A stretch of DNA of 64,000 nt from Takakia lepidozioides (taxonomy: Eukaryota > Plantae > Bryophyta), in the NCBI GenBank assembly GCA_030704615.1, contig CM060732.1, forward strand, positions 7,998,001 to 8,062,000. Reading direction: 5' to 3'. The notes under the pieces were generated by a model. The model did no database searches and was not told the origin of the DNA. It was given only the letters and a program-made list of their open reading frames with translations. Position numbers and translations under genes: made by a program. Positions 37,332 through 50,323 of the stretch are shown here, one piece after another (positions within the stretch are counted from its first letter, which is position 1; every line of letters starts with the position of its first letter).

Positions 37332-38949
37332 TGGGTTGACCCCATCCATGGACAAGCTGAGGCGGACATGTCATGGGTCGTCCTTCAGAAATTGCCATCT
37401 CTCAGCGGCAGCAGGTGCAAGAGCAAACCCCAGCTCGGGGAGAGCTCGGGAACGTATGAGAACTCATGTGGAGTTCGTGGGAACGCAGGGAACTGTTGAC
37501 CGTGACCGTTGACCATGACCGTTGGAAGCCGTGGTACGGACACCACGGGTTGGCACGGTGACCAGATCGTGGGGATGGCGGGCCGTGAAGGCTCGTGGGC
37601 ATGGTACCACGGGGTATCACGGGGCAGCCCGTGGCCAACGAGCCCCTAGGGCGGGCCGTGAGGAGTCGTGGCGGTTGGAGCCACGGAAGGCCGCGAACAG
37701 CTAGAGTGAAAAAAAAAAATTAAAAAAAAATTAAAATTTAAATAAAAAATCACTCGTTTCGTGGGACCTTGATGGGGAGGCTGGGCTTTGAGAAACAACG
37801 GTTTTGAGCTAGCTGATCCGGCAGAAAAGTCAGAATTGCCTCCCTGTTGCATTTTAACAAAGGGGATTACTTCCCTGTAGGTAATCTTTTCGGGTTTTCA
37901 GCCCAATTCTTAACTATGGGGGAGACCAGCCTGCAGGTAATTCCTTTGGATAGAGTGTGGTTGGGGCCTATATGTACTTCTATTTGCTCCATTTTTTAGC
38001 CTTCAGTAAATGGCGTGGTTTCCTGAGGTGGTTCCATTCTGAGGAATGGCTAGTGGACGTAAGGAGGCACTGGCGGACCCTGTGGAGGCTTGCATGGGGC
38101 CTTGGAGACCAAGTTTCATGAGCTCGTGGAGGGCGGTTTGAGGAGTGTCTACAGGATGCTCTCATGGTCATGCAAGTGAGAGAAGAGAGGAAAAAAGAGG
38201 GTGTTGGGATGAGAGCATGCTGGGGATATGCATTGCTTTAGTTTCCCTTCCTCGTAGCTTTCCACCTTCTCTGTAGGCCGAGACCTTTCCGTAGGTGGAG
38301 GCAAGAGTCAGTCCGGGTTTGGGCTGGGGTGTCCTTGCAGGAGCGACACTGTGAAGTTTTTTTTGGTATGGGGGAGTTGTTGTTTTCATTCTTGTGTTTG
38401 GATCTCCTCCACACCTGCATGCTTGATTGTGCGCCATGCTAGTTTTGTGTGGGCGCTTGATTTTATAGGTGGTTGACTCGGGCTTGATCGCCGATCCAAC
38501 CCTATAGCATGTTGTCGATGGTGAGGTGGGTTGATGACCAGTCAGACCATCTTTGTTTCTCCTGTGGTGAGGTTGGAGGTGATGACCAGCCAACCATAGG
38601 AGTGCCTGCGGTGGATGCAAGTGTAGGTGCAGGCTATGTTAGGAACCTAGTATTCCAAACCATAAGCCGCATCAGGTTCTCTACCCGGATACCTTGTGGA
38701 GAGGGGGTTAGAGACAGGTTCATGACCGGTTGAGTGTCAGTTTGTCAACACGGAGGTGCCACTAGTTGCTGGGGAAAATGCCTGTACGAGCACTAGCAAT
38801 GCTAGCGGGTATACGAGGCGAGGTGTGCAGTTTAGGCCACCTTCACCTCTTGTGTCTTCTACGGAAGGTTGTGATTTTGATTGTGAATCAGGAGAACTCG
38901 CACCGGCGGTGCAAGTTGTTTCCTTGCCATTGTTGTGGGACACAATGGA

Positions 38950-41760
38950 GGAGATGTATGGAGCCACCAAGGGGCCACGTAGGTACTCTGGGGCGGTGGG
39001 CACCATTGAGTTGGATGATTTTATCCAAGAGTTTAATAGTTGGTGTGACTTGCAGCAAATGCGCAATCCACAACTGTTTACGCCTTTCATGGCAAGGAAG
39101 GGGCTGTATGATCTCACATGAAAAATCAAGCCTTCTTCTTTGAAAGAAATTGGTGAGTACAGCGGCAAATTGAAACATGTGAGTATATTTCTTTTTGGTG
39201 GAGTCGATGCGCTTCATCAAGCGTCTCTATTTTCTTTTCATGCCCCCTATCCCCTATTCAACTTACACGCGGTAGCCGACATGCATCTTGTTGTAGGTCC
39301 TAGTTCCTTCATCAACATCCATTTGAGGGGCCGCCCATAGATGATTACCATGAGTTTAGGCGGGGGCACAATGTTGAGATCGAGGAGTGGAGGATGTACT
39401 GGTCACCCGACTATGTCTCCATCACTAGAGGCACTAGAGGGACAAGGGCAACAGCCACACCGGCAGCTTCCACGAGCAGCAATGGGACTAGTAGTACAAA
39501 GGCTACGACGTCCACCCAAGCTACTGTTGCACCAGCACCAGTGGCGGTGTCTGTCTTCAACCCTGTTGTGGAGTTCTTCGAAGAGTTGAGAAGGAACTAC
39601 CAAGGGGTGAAGACAGAGAAGTTGAGGAGCTTGCAAGAGTTCCAAAGGAAGCCTACTGAGAGCTTGAGGGAGGCTTTCACTCGCATGAGGCGCTTGATAA
39701 ATGTAACCCAAGGGGTTACGGAGGCTCAAGCAGTCCAATTCTGGTATGGGATATTGGACAAGGAGCTGAGGAGAAGGGTGCGGGATGCAACTTTCCTACA
39801 AGCGGCCCAACCCACCTTAGCAAATGTGTTTTTGCTAGCAGAGCGGATAGAGCTCAACATGGTGGAGGAACAAGTGGTCATGGTGGGATCTGCTAAGGAG
39901 GCACCACGGCTTAGTGGTGCTCCTAGCCAGCCACTACCTCAACGTGCTCAAGGCAACAAGGGGGCTCAGGTGAAGCCCAGGGAAGGACAGAGAGGACCTC
40001 AGATGCAGGGGTCTCTCCCTTCATTTGTTGGCCAACAACGGGCGGATGTGGTGTGCTGGACATGTGGAGGACCCCATGTCAAGAAGGGTTGCCCAGAGGG
40101 AGGCAATGGTTTGGCACCGGCACAGCCTACACAGTTGCAGTGTGGGCATTGTGGCAAGTACAGGCATGGAGAAGCTCAGTGCTATGGTTTGCATCCTGAG
40201 TTGCGCCCAGGCCAGTTCCAAGGGAACAATGGTGACCGGGGGCGAGGTGGAGCAACCCAAAGAGGACGAGGTGGCCAGGCACGAGGTGCAAGCCAAGGGC
40301 AAGCTCAACATGGCCGGAGACGTGGAGGTCAGGGTGTTGACATGGCCAACCGGCTTCAGCAGCTAGAGCAGAGGCTCGCTGCCATGGCCACAGCTAATGT
40401 GGTACCGGCTCCAAGGCCGGATGGTCCACCTCCTGCTGCTGAGGGAGGAGACATTGGAGGCATGGGATTCATGTGTAGGGCAACACTATCACTAGTGAGG
40501 GGTGCCACTACCACTATCACTGTGGGTGAGGCACCACTACCACTAGTGCCAGGCAACACTACCACTACCACTATGTGTGGGACAGGACTACCACTGGTGC
40601 AAGTGGAGTCAGCTGCGGCAGTGACTCGAGGAGCAGCACGAGTTCCTGAGCCACGGGGTGTGGAGGTGGAGTTGGATCCACAGCGTGGGGAGGCAAGCCG
40701 TCAGGCCAGGCTTCCTCAGTCATTCACATTGGTGGAGACAATGTCAATGCCATCCATGGCACCTAGATCTCGCCCGACTGTTACTGAGGCGGAGGTTATT
40801 ATGCCATTGGGGAGAGCTACACGGGCAGCACCACTACCTAGTATTGCCAAGGCTACGGCAGCTAGTGTGCTGCTGGGGGCGGCCACATCTGTGTGCCAGG
40901 CTCCATTGTTCTTGGCTACCATGATTGCGACGCCGGGGGTAAGACCAGCTGAGGTATTCAGGCTGGCAGCTACACTATGTGAGAGTGGGGAGGTTACTTC
41001 ATCTTCTGCGGAGATAGTGGGAGGTGTAGTGGCGGAGGGATTCTCGGATGTAAAGGTCAAAACTGCCACGGCGGCGCCATCGCAAGCTGCAGCTGCCAGC
41101 TAGGCCAACCATTGAGTGCGCCATGGTGACACCTAGAGTTGTCATGTTAGACAACCAGGATGACATTTTCTGTTTGAGTGGACCGGCACGCAAGAGGTAC
41201 CGGCCACTGCGGGTCTTGTTGGACTCGGGAGCTCAACCATTGATGTTGGGCAGAGCTGCTATTGCAGGTTTGGGCCTCACGAAGGCGGATATGGAGCCGT
41301 GCTCTTTCCAGATACAGACATCTCTGGGAGGATCAGAGCAGGCTCGGGGCATGACACGGCATGTGGCTAAGTGATGAGAGCCAAGGCCAGTGTGACAGAC
41401 GTGGTCTCGTACGATGTCCTTGTTGGTGGGGCAATGTTGTACCCCATGGGCTTCACCCTAGATTTTTGGGAGAAGTCAGCTTCCTATAGGCCTAGATGGC
41501 TGTCAGAGGAGGGCCGGCGTGTGCATCTCCCCGTGACATTCATAGGAGGAGTTGCGGTTGCCCAGCGAGGCAAGATGCTGACACTGGTAGCATTCACAGC
41601 TACAGTGACTTGGCCTGGAGAGTTGTTGGATGGCAACACTCATTCAGAGGATGTGTCACCTCCGGGAGAGCAGGATGACATGCATGGTATGGCAGAGTTG
41701 CCTGCCATGGTTGCTCACACTCCATTGTGGGGCTCGAGCAAGGATTGGCAGCGGATTGCT
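38950..41760 (+). pseudogene. gag and protease, copy 2
   Basis: 569-aa open stretch 39394-41103 with CWTCGGPHVKKGC and CGHCGKYRHGEAQC; N-terminal ELDDFIQEFNSWCD; ~200-bp interruption near 39110-39318; LLDSGAQP. Confidence 0.88.
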
Positions 41761-43191
41761 GATTGACGGGTGCAACTCTATAAAACTTTTGTAAAAATTT
41801 GTAACGCTAGTTTTTGCTGTCTAGCGAGATCAGTAAGTAGAGTAAGTACAGTAAGTAGATGGTGCTTCATTTGATCTGTGTTTCTCTACCCATGTAACCA
41901 AAAGAAATGTGTGTTTTGGTCCAAATGAGAGGATCTAAGGGTGGGGGTAGTGGCGGAGTAGTTGTGGCAGGGTAGCTCAGGCCGTGAGCTTTGAAATGGT
42001 GTTTCAAGATGGACTGAAGGGCCAGGAGAGAAAGGCAGATGTGCGACTAGATGCAAGGCTGTAGGAGCAGGATGAAGAGGTGTGTCTCTTGGTGTGCTTC
42101 TGTATGAGGTGATCTCATAACTGGACATTTTTCAAGGAGCACAAATCCAGGATTGTCAGCTTTTGGACTAACAGGAGAAAATTCTAACATATTGTTTTAG
42201 GACAGTAGTATATGAAGAGGGTAAGCCTATCAATCATGCATGATTCCACCTCATAAGTTGCCACTACTTAATGCTAGGATACAAAGTACCAGTATGCACT
42301 TAATTGAGGTGAGCACTTGAGAAGATATTAGTCATAAAAGATCAGTGTTTTCCTCCACTATGCAAACATACTAACACCCGAGTACAGGTACAGATATCAT
42401 CCACCATGCAATGTGGTCACCAGTAATACCTCACCACATTATTTGCACCTATGAACTAGAGACAACTTTTGCCTCAATGTCCTAATAGGAAAGAATAGCC
42501 ACCCTAGTTCCTAGCTTATGATCACAACAATGATCATAATGAGAACATTCCTAAATGTTGTCCTCCTGTCCCCTGCAAGAGGCAAATCATTCACCTACAC
42601 ACAGCTGCCAGGGTAGAGGCTTTTGTACCGTTAGGAGAGGAGGACAATGCGGGGATTGCACCAGGACCACCTCAGTTGTCACCATTGGACACCACACCGA
42701 TCGTGTGGCAGTGTCCGGATGAAGGCATTTGCCTTCTGGACTTGTTTGGCGGGATCAGCACCGGATTGGCTGCTGTGCTACAGGCAGGTGTATGGGTACG
42801 GGGTTACTTGTATGTGGAGAGGGATGAGACTGCACGACGCGTCTCACTCCGTCATGTTGCTCAGTTGGTGCAGCAGTACCCTGAGTTGTTGCCGGTGTCT
42901 GCAGTTCGTGGATATCAGCAGGCCTTGCCAACAGACATTTCGTTGCTGGGGGCGCAGGATTTGGAGTGGGTTGGCTCCATTGATCTGGTAGTGGCAGGTT
43001 GGCCCTGCCAAGGGCATTCATCAAGCGGGCATGACAATGGATAGCGAGACTCGAGGTCGGGTTTGTTTTGGGAGATGGTGCGGGTTTTGCGCCACTTACA
43101 GCTTCATCAAGCTGTATCTCCAGCATACATTTTGGAGAATGTGCCACTGATGGGCGATTCTCGGGTCAGGGTGATGGCCAGTGTGCATCAA

Positions 43192-46100
43192 CACTAGAAG
43201 AGAAACCGGCTTTTTCCTAGGTTTTTTCCACACTTTTTGTTGTGGAATCAGCCGCAGTCCACACCTGCCGTGGGTGTAAGAAACGATTAGTGCTTTCGGA
43301 CACCCCGTGGACGGCCTGGCTCTCGGGTGGCCCTGTGGAAAAGTCCACGGGTGGCTTTTTCTACGGGAGGCTTTTTCCATGGGTGGTTTTTTTCACGGGG
43401 TGCATGGTGACATGGCCACTGACATAGCCGATAACATAGCTGACATGGCAGAGTGTGAAAAAGGCCAGTGTGGCATGTTTCATGGCGGATTTCACACCTT
43501 GAACAAGCCACTATGCGACATGTGTCATATTTCACACCTTCGACAAGTCACTATGCAACACGTGTTCGTTCTTGTGTGGTGGTACACATTAATTAATTAT
43601 TAATTGATTTCCAATATTAAGTTTGAATATTAATGGATTTAATTTATTGTTATTATTATGATGATGATTATTATTATTATAGGAAAAATGGACAGTGGCC
43701 TTGATGAGAACATTATTAATAACAAAATATTGAAATTATGTTTTTAGAAATTATATTTATTCGCTCAGATACCAAAACACACATTTTGCAGGGAAGGAGA
43801 GTTTGTCTTAGTGTCTATGCTGAGTTGCATCTCCTACTCTCTGTAATCTAATAGACATTCACCTTTTTCCCTCGGTTGTCCCACCCTTGACTGGGGTCAG
43901 AAAAGCATTCATTCCACAGCTTCTCCTCATCTCTGTTACATGTTTCTGGATACTTTCCTATTGTCACTTTGGCAGTATCATGTCAAAATCACTCCAAACT
44001 ATGTACCATCTACCCATGCAGGTTTCTTGTAGCTATCCTTCCACAGGGAATCATAAGTAATCTGGAGCTTGAAATCTGGCCCTCTTGGATGACACTCTAT
44101 CCCTGCTCCTTCAGCTATCCATGCCTCTGCACAGATCATGCATACATCCTTGCATTGTTGTTAGCAGCTGACAATGGTAGCCTAGACTTGTTCAAGCAAA
44201 CACCCAACTCAACTTATCACACCAGTTCATATTCTCAATTGCATCTACCACTCTGTAATCCAAAGGCATTTACCTTCCAAGACGGTTGTCCCACCATTGA
44301 CTGGGGTCAGAAAAGTATTCATTCCACAGCTTCTCCTCTCTGTTACCTATTTCTGGATGCTTTCCTATTGTCACTTTGGCAGTATCATGTCAAAGTCACT
44401 CCAAACTATCAAAGGTTCACTCAACCAGCTAACTTGCAGAATTCTTAAAACATGAAAATTTAGGGCGATTCTGATAAGAGGGGAAAACAGAGTGAAATGT
44501 GTTGAAGAAGGTGCCTTGATTAGCATTGCCTGATTTTATCAATTGTGCCGCTGCTGCTACGGCTTCCAGTTGACCATCTACCCATGCAGATTTCTTGGAG
44601 CTATTTTTCCACAGGGAATCACCCCTTCCCGCATCATTGCTCATAGGTCTCCAAAGCCTCCATCTGCTCCCTTGCTGTGCATATCCTGCAATCATCGCAC
44701 TCCACGACACCACATCTCGTTCAGCCATACTGTCGAACACTTCCTTTGCATCCTCGATGCACCCACATTTGGCATACATGCAGTCCACCAGGGCAGTGTT
44801 TAGAATGACATTGGGTGCAATTCCAGATTTGACGATGTCACCATGGATCTCTTTGCCCTTTTCCAGAGCTCCCAGGCTTGCACATGCATTACAAACAAAT
44901 GTGATGTGGTTGGGCTTCACCCCTTCGCGCAGCAGTTGCTCATAGGTCTCCAAGGCATTCCTACCACACCCATGTTAAATCCTGCCAACATTATATTCAA
45001 CGTGATTAAAGTTCGTTGAGGCATTCCGTTGAACACTCGGTGTGCATTCATGATGCTCCTGCACTTAATATACATGTTCACAAGGGTGTTGAGAAGAAAA
45101 ACACTTGGCGTGAATCCACTTTGGATAATGTGAGTGTGCACCTGCTTTCCAGCTTCCAGACCCTTCAATTTGATGCACTTAAGCAAGAGACAGACATACA
45201 TATCTGAATCTGCTGAAATGCTCCTTGGTTTAAAGGTTGTAGAGCCTCTTTCAGTCTGCCTGCCTCACAAAGCATGAAGAAGAGGCATTATGGACTCCCT
45301 CTCTTGATCCTCTTTTAGAAGCTGTGGTCATGGTTGAGGTGCCTGATTTAAATCAGGGCTGCCAGCCCTGCAATGCACACAAACATGATGTGGCCGGGCT
45401 GAACGCCTTCCCCCATCATTTGCTCATAGGTCTCCAAAGCCTCCATCCCACGTCCCTGTTGTGCATACCTTGCAAGCATCGCACCACATCTCGTTCAGCC
45501 ATAGTGTTGAACACTCCCTTTGCATCCTCGATGCACCCACATTTTGCATACATGTCCACTAGGGTATTGTTCAAAATGACATTTGGTACAATTCCAGGTC
45601 TGAAGGTGTCACCATGGACCTCCTTCCCCTTTTCTAGAGCTGCCAGGGCAGTGTTTCGATTGGCATTAGGTACAATTCCAGCTTTGATGATCACCATGCA
45701 CCTCTGTGCCCTTCTCCAGGGCTGCCAGGCCTGCAATGCATACAAACATGATGTGGCCGGGCTGAACCCCTTCCCCCATCATTTGCTCATAGGTCTCCAA
45801 AGCCTCTATCCCATGTCCCTGCTGTGCATATCCTGCAAGCATCGCACTCCACGACACCTCATCTCGTTCAGCCATAGTGTTGAACACTCCCTTTGCATCC
45901 TCGATGCACCTACATTTTGCATACATGTCCACTAGGGTATTGTTCAGAATGACATTTGGTACAATTCCAGCTCTGAAGATGTCACCACGGACCTCCTTCC
46001 CCTTTTCCAGAGCTACCAGGGCAGTGTTTAGAATGACATTAGGTACAATTCCAGCTTTGATGATATCCCCATGCACCTCTTTGCCGTTCTCAAGGGCTAC

Positions 46101-47432
46101 CAGGCTTGCACAAGCATTGCAATGCACACAAACATGATGTGAGAGGGCAAAAGAGGCTGAAATAGGTCAAAGAAGAAGGTGCCCTCACCACATTGTCTTT
46201 GAACTTGTGTCATGACTTGACCGACCATCAATCCAAAATGACCTCTTGTGTGTGCTGCTTGTGTCTGTAGTAAGGTAATGTCGGATTGGTCTGTGAGATC
46301 GAACCACCACGGTGCAGCTGAGTAGGCAGAGATTGAAACACGGCCTGCTAAGACCAAGCTAACTCTCCCAAGAACGGCGAGCTCGCAAGAATGTTGTGAG
46401 CTTCTCCTCGTCTCATCTCCTCCTCCGCTCCTCCTTCCTGCATCATTTGCTCGACGCCTCCATCCCATGCCCCTGCATATCTTGCGATCATCGCGTTCCA
46501 TCCCTCGGCTACATGGTGTGGCGCAGGAGACAAAAAAAAATGCCAAGTCCCAGCCCTCCTCTGTGTTCACGATTACCCTAATGGGCAACCTTATTAGTAA
46601 TATTTTAACTTTTTAAAACCTAATGGGCAACCTTATTAGCAACTTTTTGACTTTTTAACCTTTTGCACTTTGATTCATTCTAGGTCAGAGGCTAAAATCC
46701 TGCTGCCAGACTTGTCTAGAAAATCAAAACACCATGTAGACAAACATTTGATAATGGTAATAAAATATATTACCATTGGGCTGGTTTGAACACTTGTTAG
46801 TAAATTTAGGTTAGGATTTTTTCGAAATATTCTGGTTTTTTCTTTGATGTGTGAGATGACAAAGTCCAAGCATGTCACATAAACAAGGAGTTCAACGTAA
46901 GGACGATGCAAGTGATTTGTGGAAAAAAGTGTAAATCATGCCTATGCCTATTTGTCCTAGTTGTGTCATAGGTTGCAATAGAACGGGGCCACCTTTGAAT
47001 GCGATCCCCATGCTCATTTCACCAAGGGCATTATAGACTTCATAATGTAGAGATTGAAAATGGGGTGTAGCAGGGGGTGATTCTTCACTTGCTAGTAGCC
47101 CATCGTGCAGATTTCTAAATATGAACATGAAGTTTATAATCATTTTTCAAGGGCATCATTCTCAAACTCCCCATACACCACAATGTGGAAATTCTATGGT
47201 CCCATTTCACACATGTGTGTAACATGCCATGTAAACTAAGCCAACTCCCGCCACGCTCATGGCTGTTTCACACCGTTCTTGTCTCGGGTGTGGATCACAT
47301 GTGAGACACCCCACAGTTAGGGCATATTTTGACCCACACCTTGGCTCACTCTACAGACCCATGATAAAAGCCGTGGAATGTGCCAGGTGTGAGATGGCAG
47401 AGCCGTGGAAAAAGTCGGTTTCTCTTCTAGTG
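43192..47432. mobile_element. Complete non-autonomous Pack-CACTA element carrying PPR gene fragments
   Basis: 26-bp TIRs CACTAGAAGAGAAACCG(G/A)CTTTTTCC; 3-bp TSD CAA (43189-43191, 47433-47435); no transposase. Confidence 0.95.
44480..46140 (-). pseudogene. Captured and rearranged PLS-PPR fragments inside the Pack-CACTA
   Basis: Repeated GKEVHGDI.KAGIVPNVILN..LVDMYAKCG.IEDAK.VF..MAERDVVSW motifs; YVCLLLKCIKLKGLEAGKQVHTHIIQSGF matches the first repeats of the gene at 57334. Confidence 0.9.
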
Positions 47433-48559
47433 CAAGTCCGGTCGTGGCTTGGGTCAGCAGTGTTGCTGGATGCAGCTGCAGTGGGGTCACGGGCTCATCA
47501 TCTACGACTATGGTGGACTAACTTGATGCCACCCGCACTGCTCAAGCGTGCATTTGATGGGGTGCAGTGGCCAGCACACCTCACAGTGGATAGCATTTTG
47601 GACACAGGGAGGCAGTCTGAGCGTGTGAGACACGATGACCGTTCGCCTTTGGCAGTGGTCAACAAGGTGGGTCAACCACGAGCAGCACTACCTACACTGC
47701 TCAGCTTCCCAGGATCGCATGCTTTCTGGGATAGTGGATCTGGCCTCCTGTGGGATGCTCAGTTGCAACAGTTAGTGGAGCCTAATGCCAACGAGCGAGA
47801 GCGGGTTTTTTCCACTGGGACCACGGCGGTGCCTTCTCTTTCTGAGGCATCACCTCGTCAGGTATTGGGGCAAGCGATGGATCTCAATTGCTTGACCTGG
47901 ATTATCAGCTTGGCTATGGCTGAGCAACGTAGAGTGTGGAGTGCACTTCCCTTGACAGTCTCTCTGCCTACCGAGATGGTACAGGCAGTGAGTGGGGGCG
48001 AGCCGGTGAGGACCACAGGGTGTAGACATCCATGGTACACGTGGGAGGTGCTCGAGGTTCAGAGGGAGTTGGCAGCCAAGGCGGCTGTGATGAATAAGGT
48101 TGGGGATTCTTCTCGGGTTGAGGAGGTCCTCAAGGATGAGATGATGGGGCAGGATGAGGCCTTGTCATTGACTGAGCAGGCAGGGAGTACTGCTCATGAG
48201 GTTGCGGCATAGCAACCACGGGACGCGTCTCCTACCTCTAAGTCTGATGGACTTAAGGTTACAGTTACGGAGGACAATTGGGAGCCTGACATTGGACCCA
48301 TTGTCATTGGAGGAGAGAGACGACGTATACGGCGGTTCCTGAGGGCTTACATGAATTGCTTTGCCTCTCGTGCTATGGTGGAGGAGCATGAGAGACATGT
48401 TCAGGTTGTGCATCGACCGGGTTTGGTCAATAGGGATGCGGATGGATTGAGTCGCAATCCATGCACGAGCCAGCAGGATGACACTGGAGCTCGGTGGCAT
48501 GGTGAGACGGACGAGGAGATGGTGCCTGAATGACATGCATCTGCCTTTTTGTGTATCTT

Positions 48560-50055
48560 GACCTACAACAGGGATGACTGTAGACGGAGTGTATGAGGAC
48601 CTTGAGGCTAGTGATGAGCCAAGTGGTGCCAGAGATATACATGAGGATTTAGTTGTGTTGGACTACCTCCGCACTGGAGACACGACAGCTAGTGTGACTG
48701 CCAAGGAGAGGGATCAGATCCTGCATCGAGCCAAGAGGTTCAAGTGGGAGGGGATATACCTGCTTCAAGTGTGGGAGGATGGTCGGGTGAGGATTGTGCC
48801 TCACCCAACACAACGTGCACGGTTAGTGCGGCATGCCCATGAGGAGTTGGGGCATTTTGGAGTGCGACGCACTCATAATTTACTGTAGGGGCAATATTGA
48901 TGGCGTGGTATGCACACATAAGTGCAATAGTTTGTGGCTAGGTGCATGGTGTGTGACAGGGTGCGTGCTTTATTCAACGCCCCTACACCATAGTTGCATC
49001 CTTTACCAATCATGGGATTGGGCTACAGGTGGAGTCTTGACTTCGCAGGGTCGTTGCCACTGACGATGCGCCGCCACAAATATGTGTTGGTGATGGTGGA
49101 GCACTTCTCCAAGTGGATTGAGTTGGTTCCATTGCCTGACAAGGCTAGTGAGGGGGCTGCGTATGCATTCTTGGATCGTGTGCTTAGCCGATTCGGTGCT
49201 CCAGCTGAGGTACTCACGGACCAAGGGAGAGAGTTCTTGGAGGAGTTTCAGGCTTTGTGTGATAAAGCCTTGATAGACTACCATACCACTGATCATCCTG
49301 AGGCCGATGGCTTGGTAGAGAGAGTGGTGCAGACGGTGAAGAGGGGTTTGCGCAAGTATGGCTTGCAAAAGGGACACCTAGGAGATTGGGATCTTCAGGT
49401 ACCTTGGTTAGCCATGGGCTATAGGTTTAGCAAGCAAGCATCACTTGCCTCCTTCTCACCATATTTCTTTCTCTTTGGCCGAGAGCCAGATTTGCATGCG
49501 TCTATTTGCAGGGAGGCTGCAGTATTCCTCAACCTTGATGATCCGGATGTGTGGACACAAGCATGTGCCTAACGGGCAGAGTTGTTTAAGAGGGTCATGC
49601 CTATGGCTTTTGAGAACCTTGCTATTGCCCAACACCGAGACGCATTGAGGTATGTCATTATACATGGAGGGGGATAGCGACCAGGTGTTTGGCGTTTCCA
49701 CCCTGGGGACTATGTGTATCTGCAGCAGACAGCACCTACGACTTTGGATGTCACAACATGACATGTGATTCTAAGGGTCAGGGAGGTGTTGCCTTCAGGA
49801 GTGTTGATTCTGGAGGGTTGAGATGGCATGGTATGGAAGGACCATGTGCGCGATTATGCGCCATGTTACCTTCCACATGTGGACGGGAGGATAGATCCCA
49901 ACCTTGCAGGGGTACCTGCAGGGTTGCGTTGCATGCTATGTAGGCATGCTCGTGGTGCCGCCACTATGCTGGTGTGTGATCGATGCTCAAGAGGTTGGCA
50001 CATGAGATGCTTGACACCACCTCTTGAGATGGAGATTAGTTATGTCCACACTGCT
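48560..50055 (+). pseudogene. Integrase with PHD finger, copy 2
   Basis: HAHEELGHFG; WSLDFAG...LTDQGREF...HPEADGLVER; CMLCRHARGAATMLVCDRCSRGWHMRCLTPPL...CPHC; many nonsense codons. Confidence 0.9.
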
Positions 50056-50323
50056 TGAGATAGTGGAAGTGGATATAACTAGTGGCAGCCAACAAGACAT
50101 GGGAGGCCAAGCTCATAGGAGTCAATACCCGAGATCTCAGGCTCAAGTTCACAGGTTGCAAGACGGCGACTAACGATGGGGCAACTCTTGTTCCCGGCCT
50201 CTTGATCTATCGAGTTTGAGTGTAGTAGGGACAGTGGTGGAGGACTTATTGAGGCTATGGCCACTATCACATCTTGTGGCTATCTGGACTTAGAGGGACT
50301 TAAGCGCCAGCTAGGGGGGCGAT

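Larger units (their letters stand above)
42725..47895 (+). pseudogene. DNMT3-like C5 methyltransferase domain, copy 2, split by a CACTA insertion
   Basis: 42725-43191: LDLFGGISTG, YVERD, DLVVAGWPCQGHS, YILENV. 47436-47895: LLDAAAVGSRAHHLRLWWTNL, ERERVF, QVLGQAMD. Confidence 0.9.
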
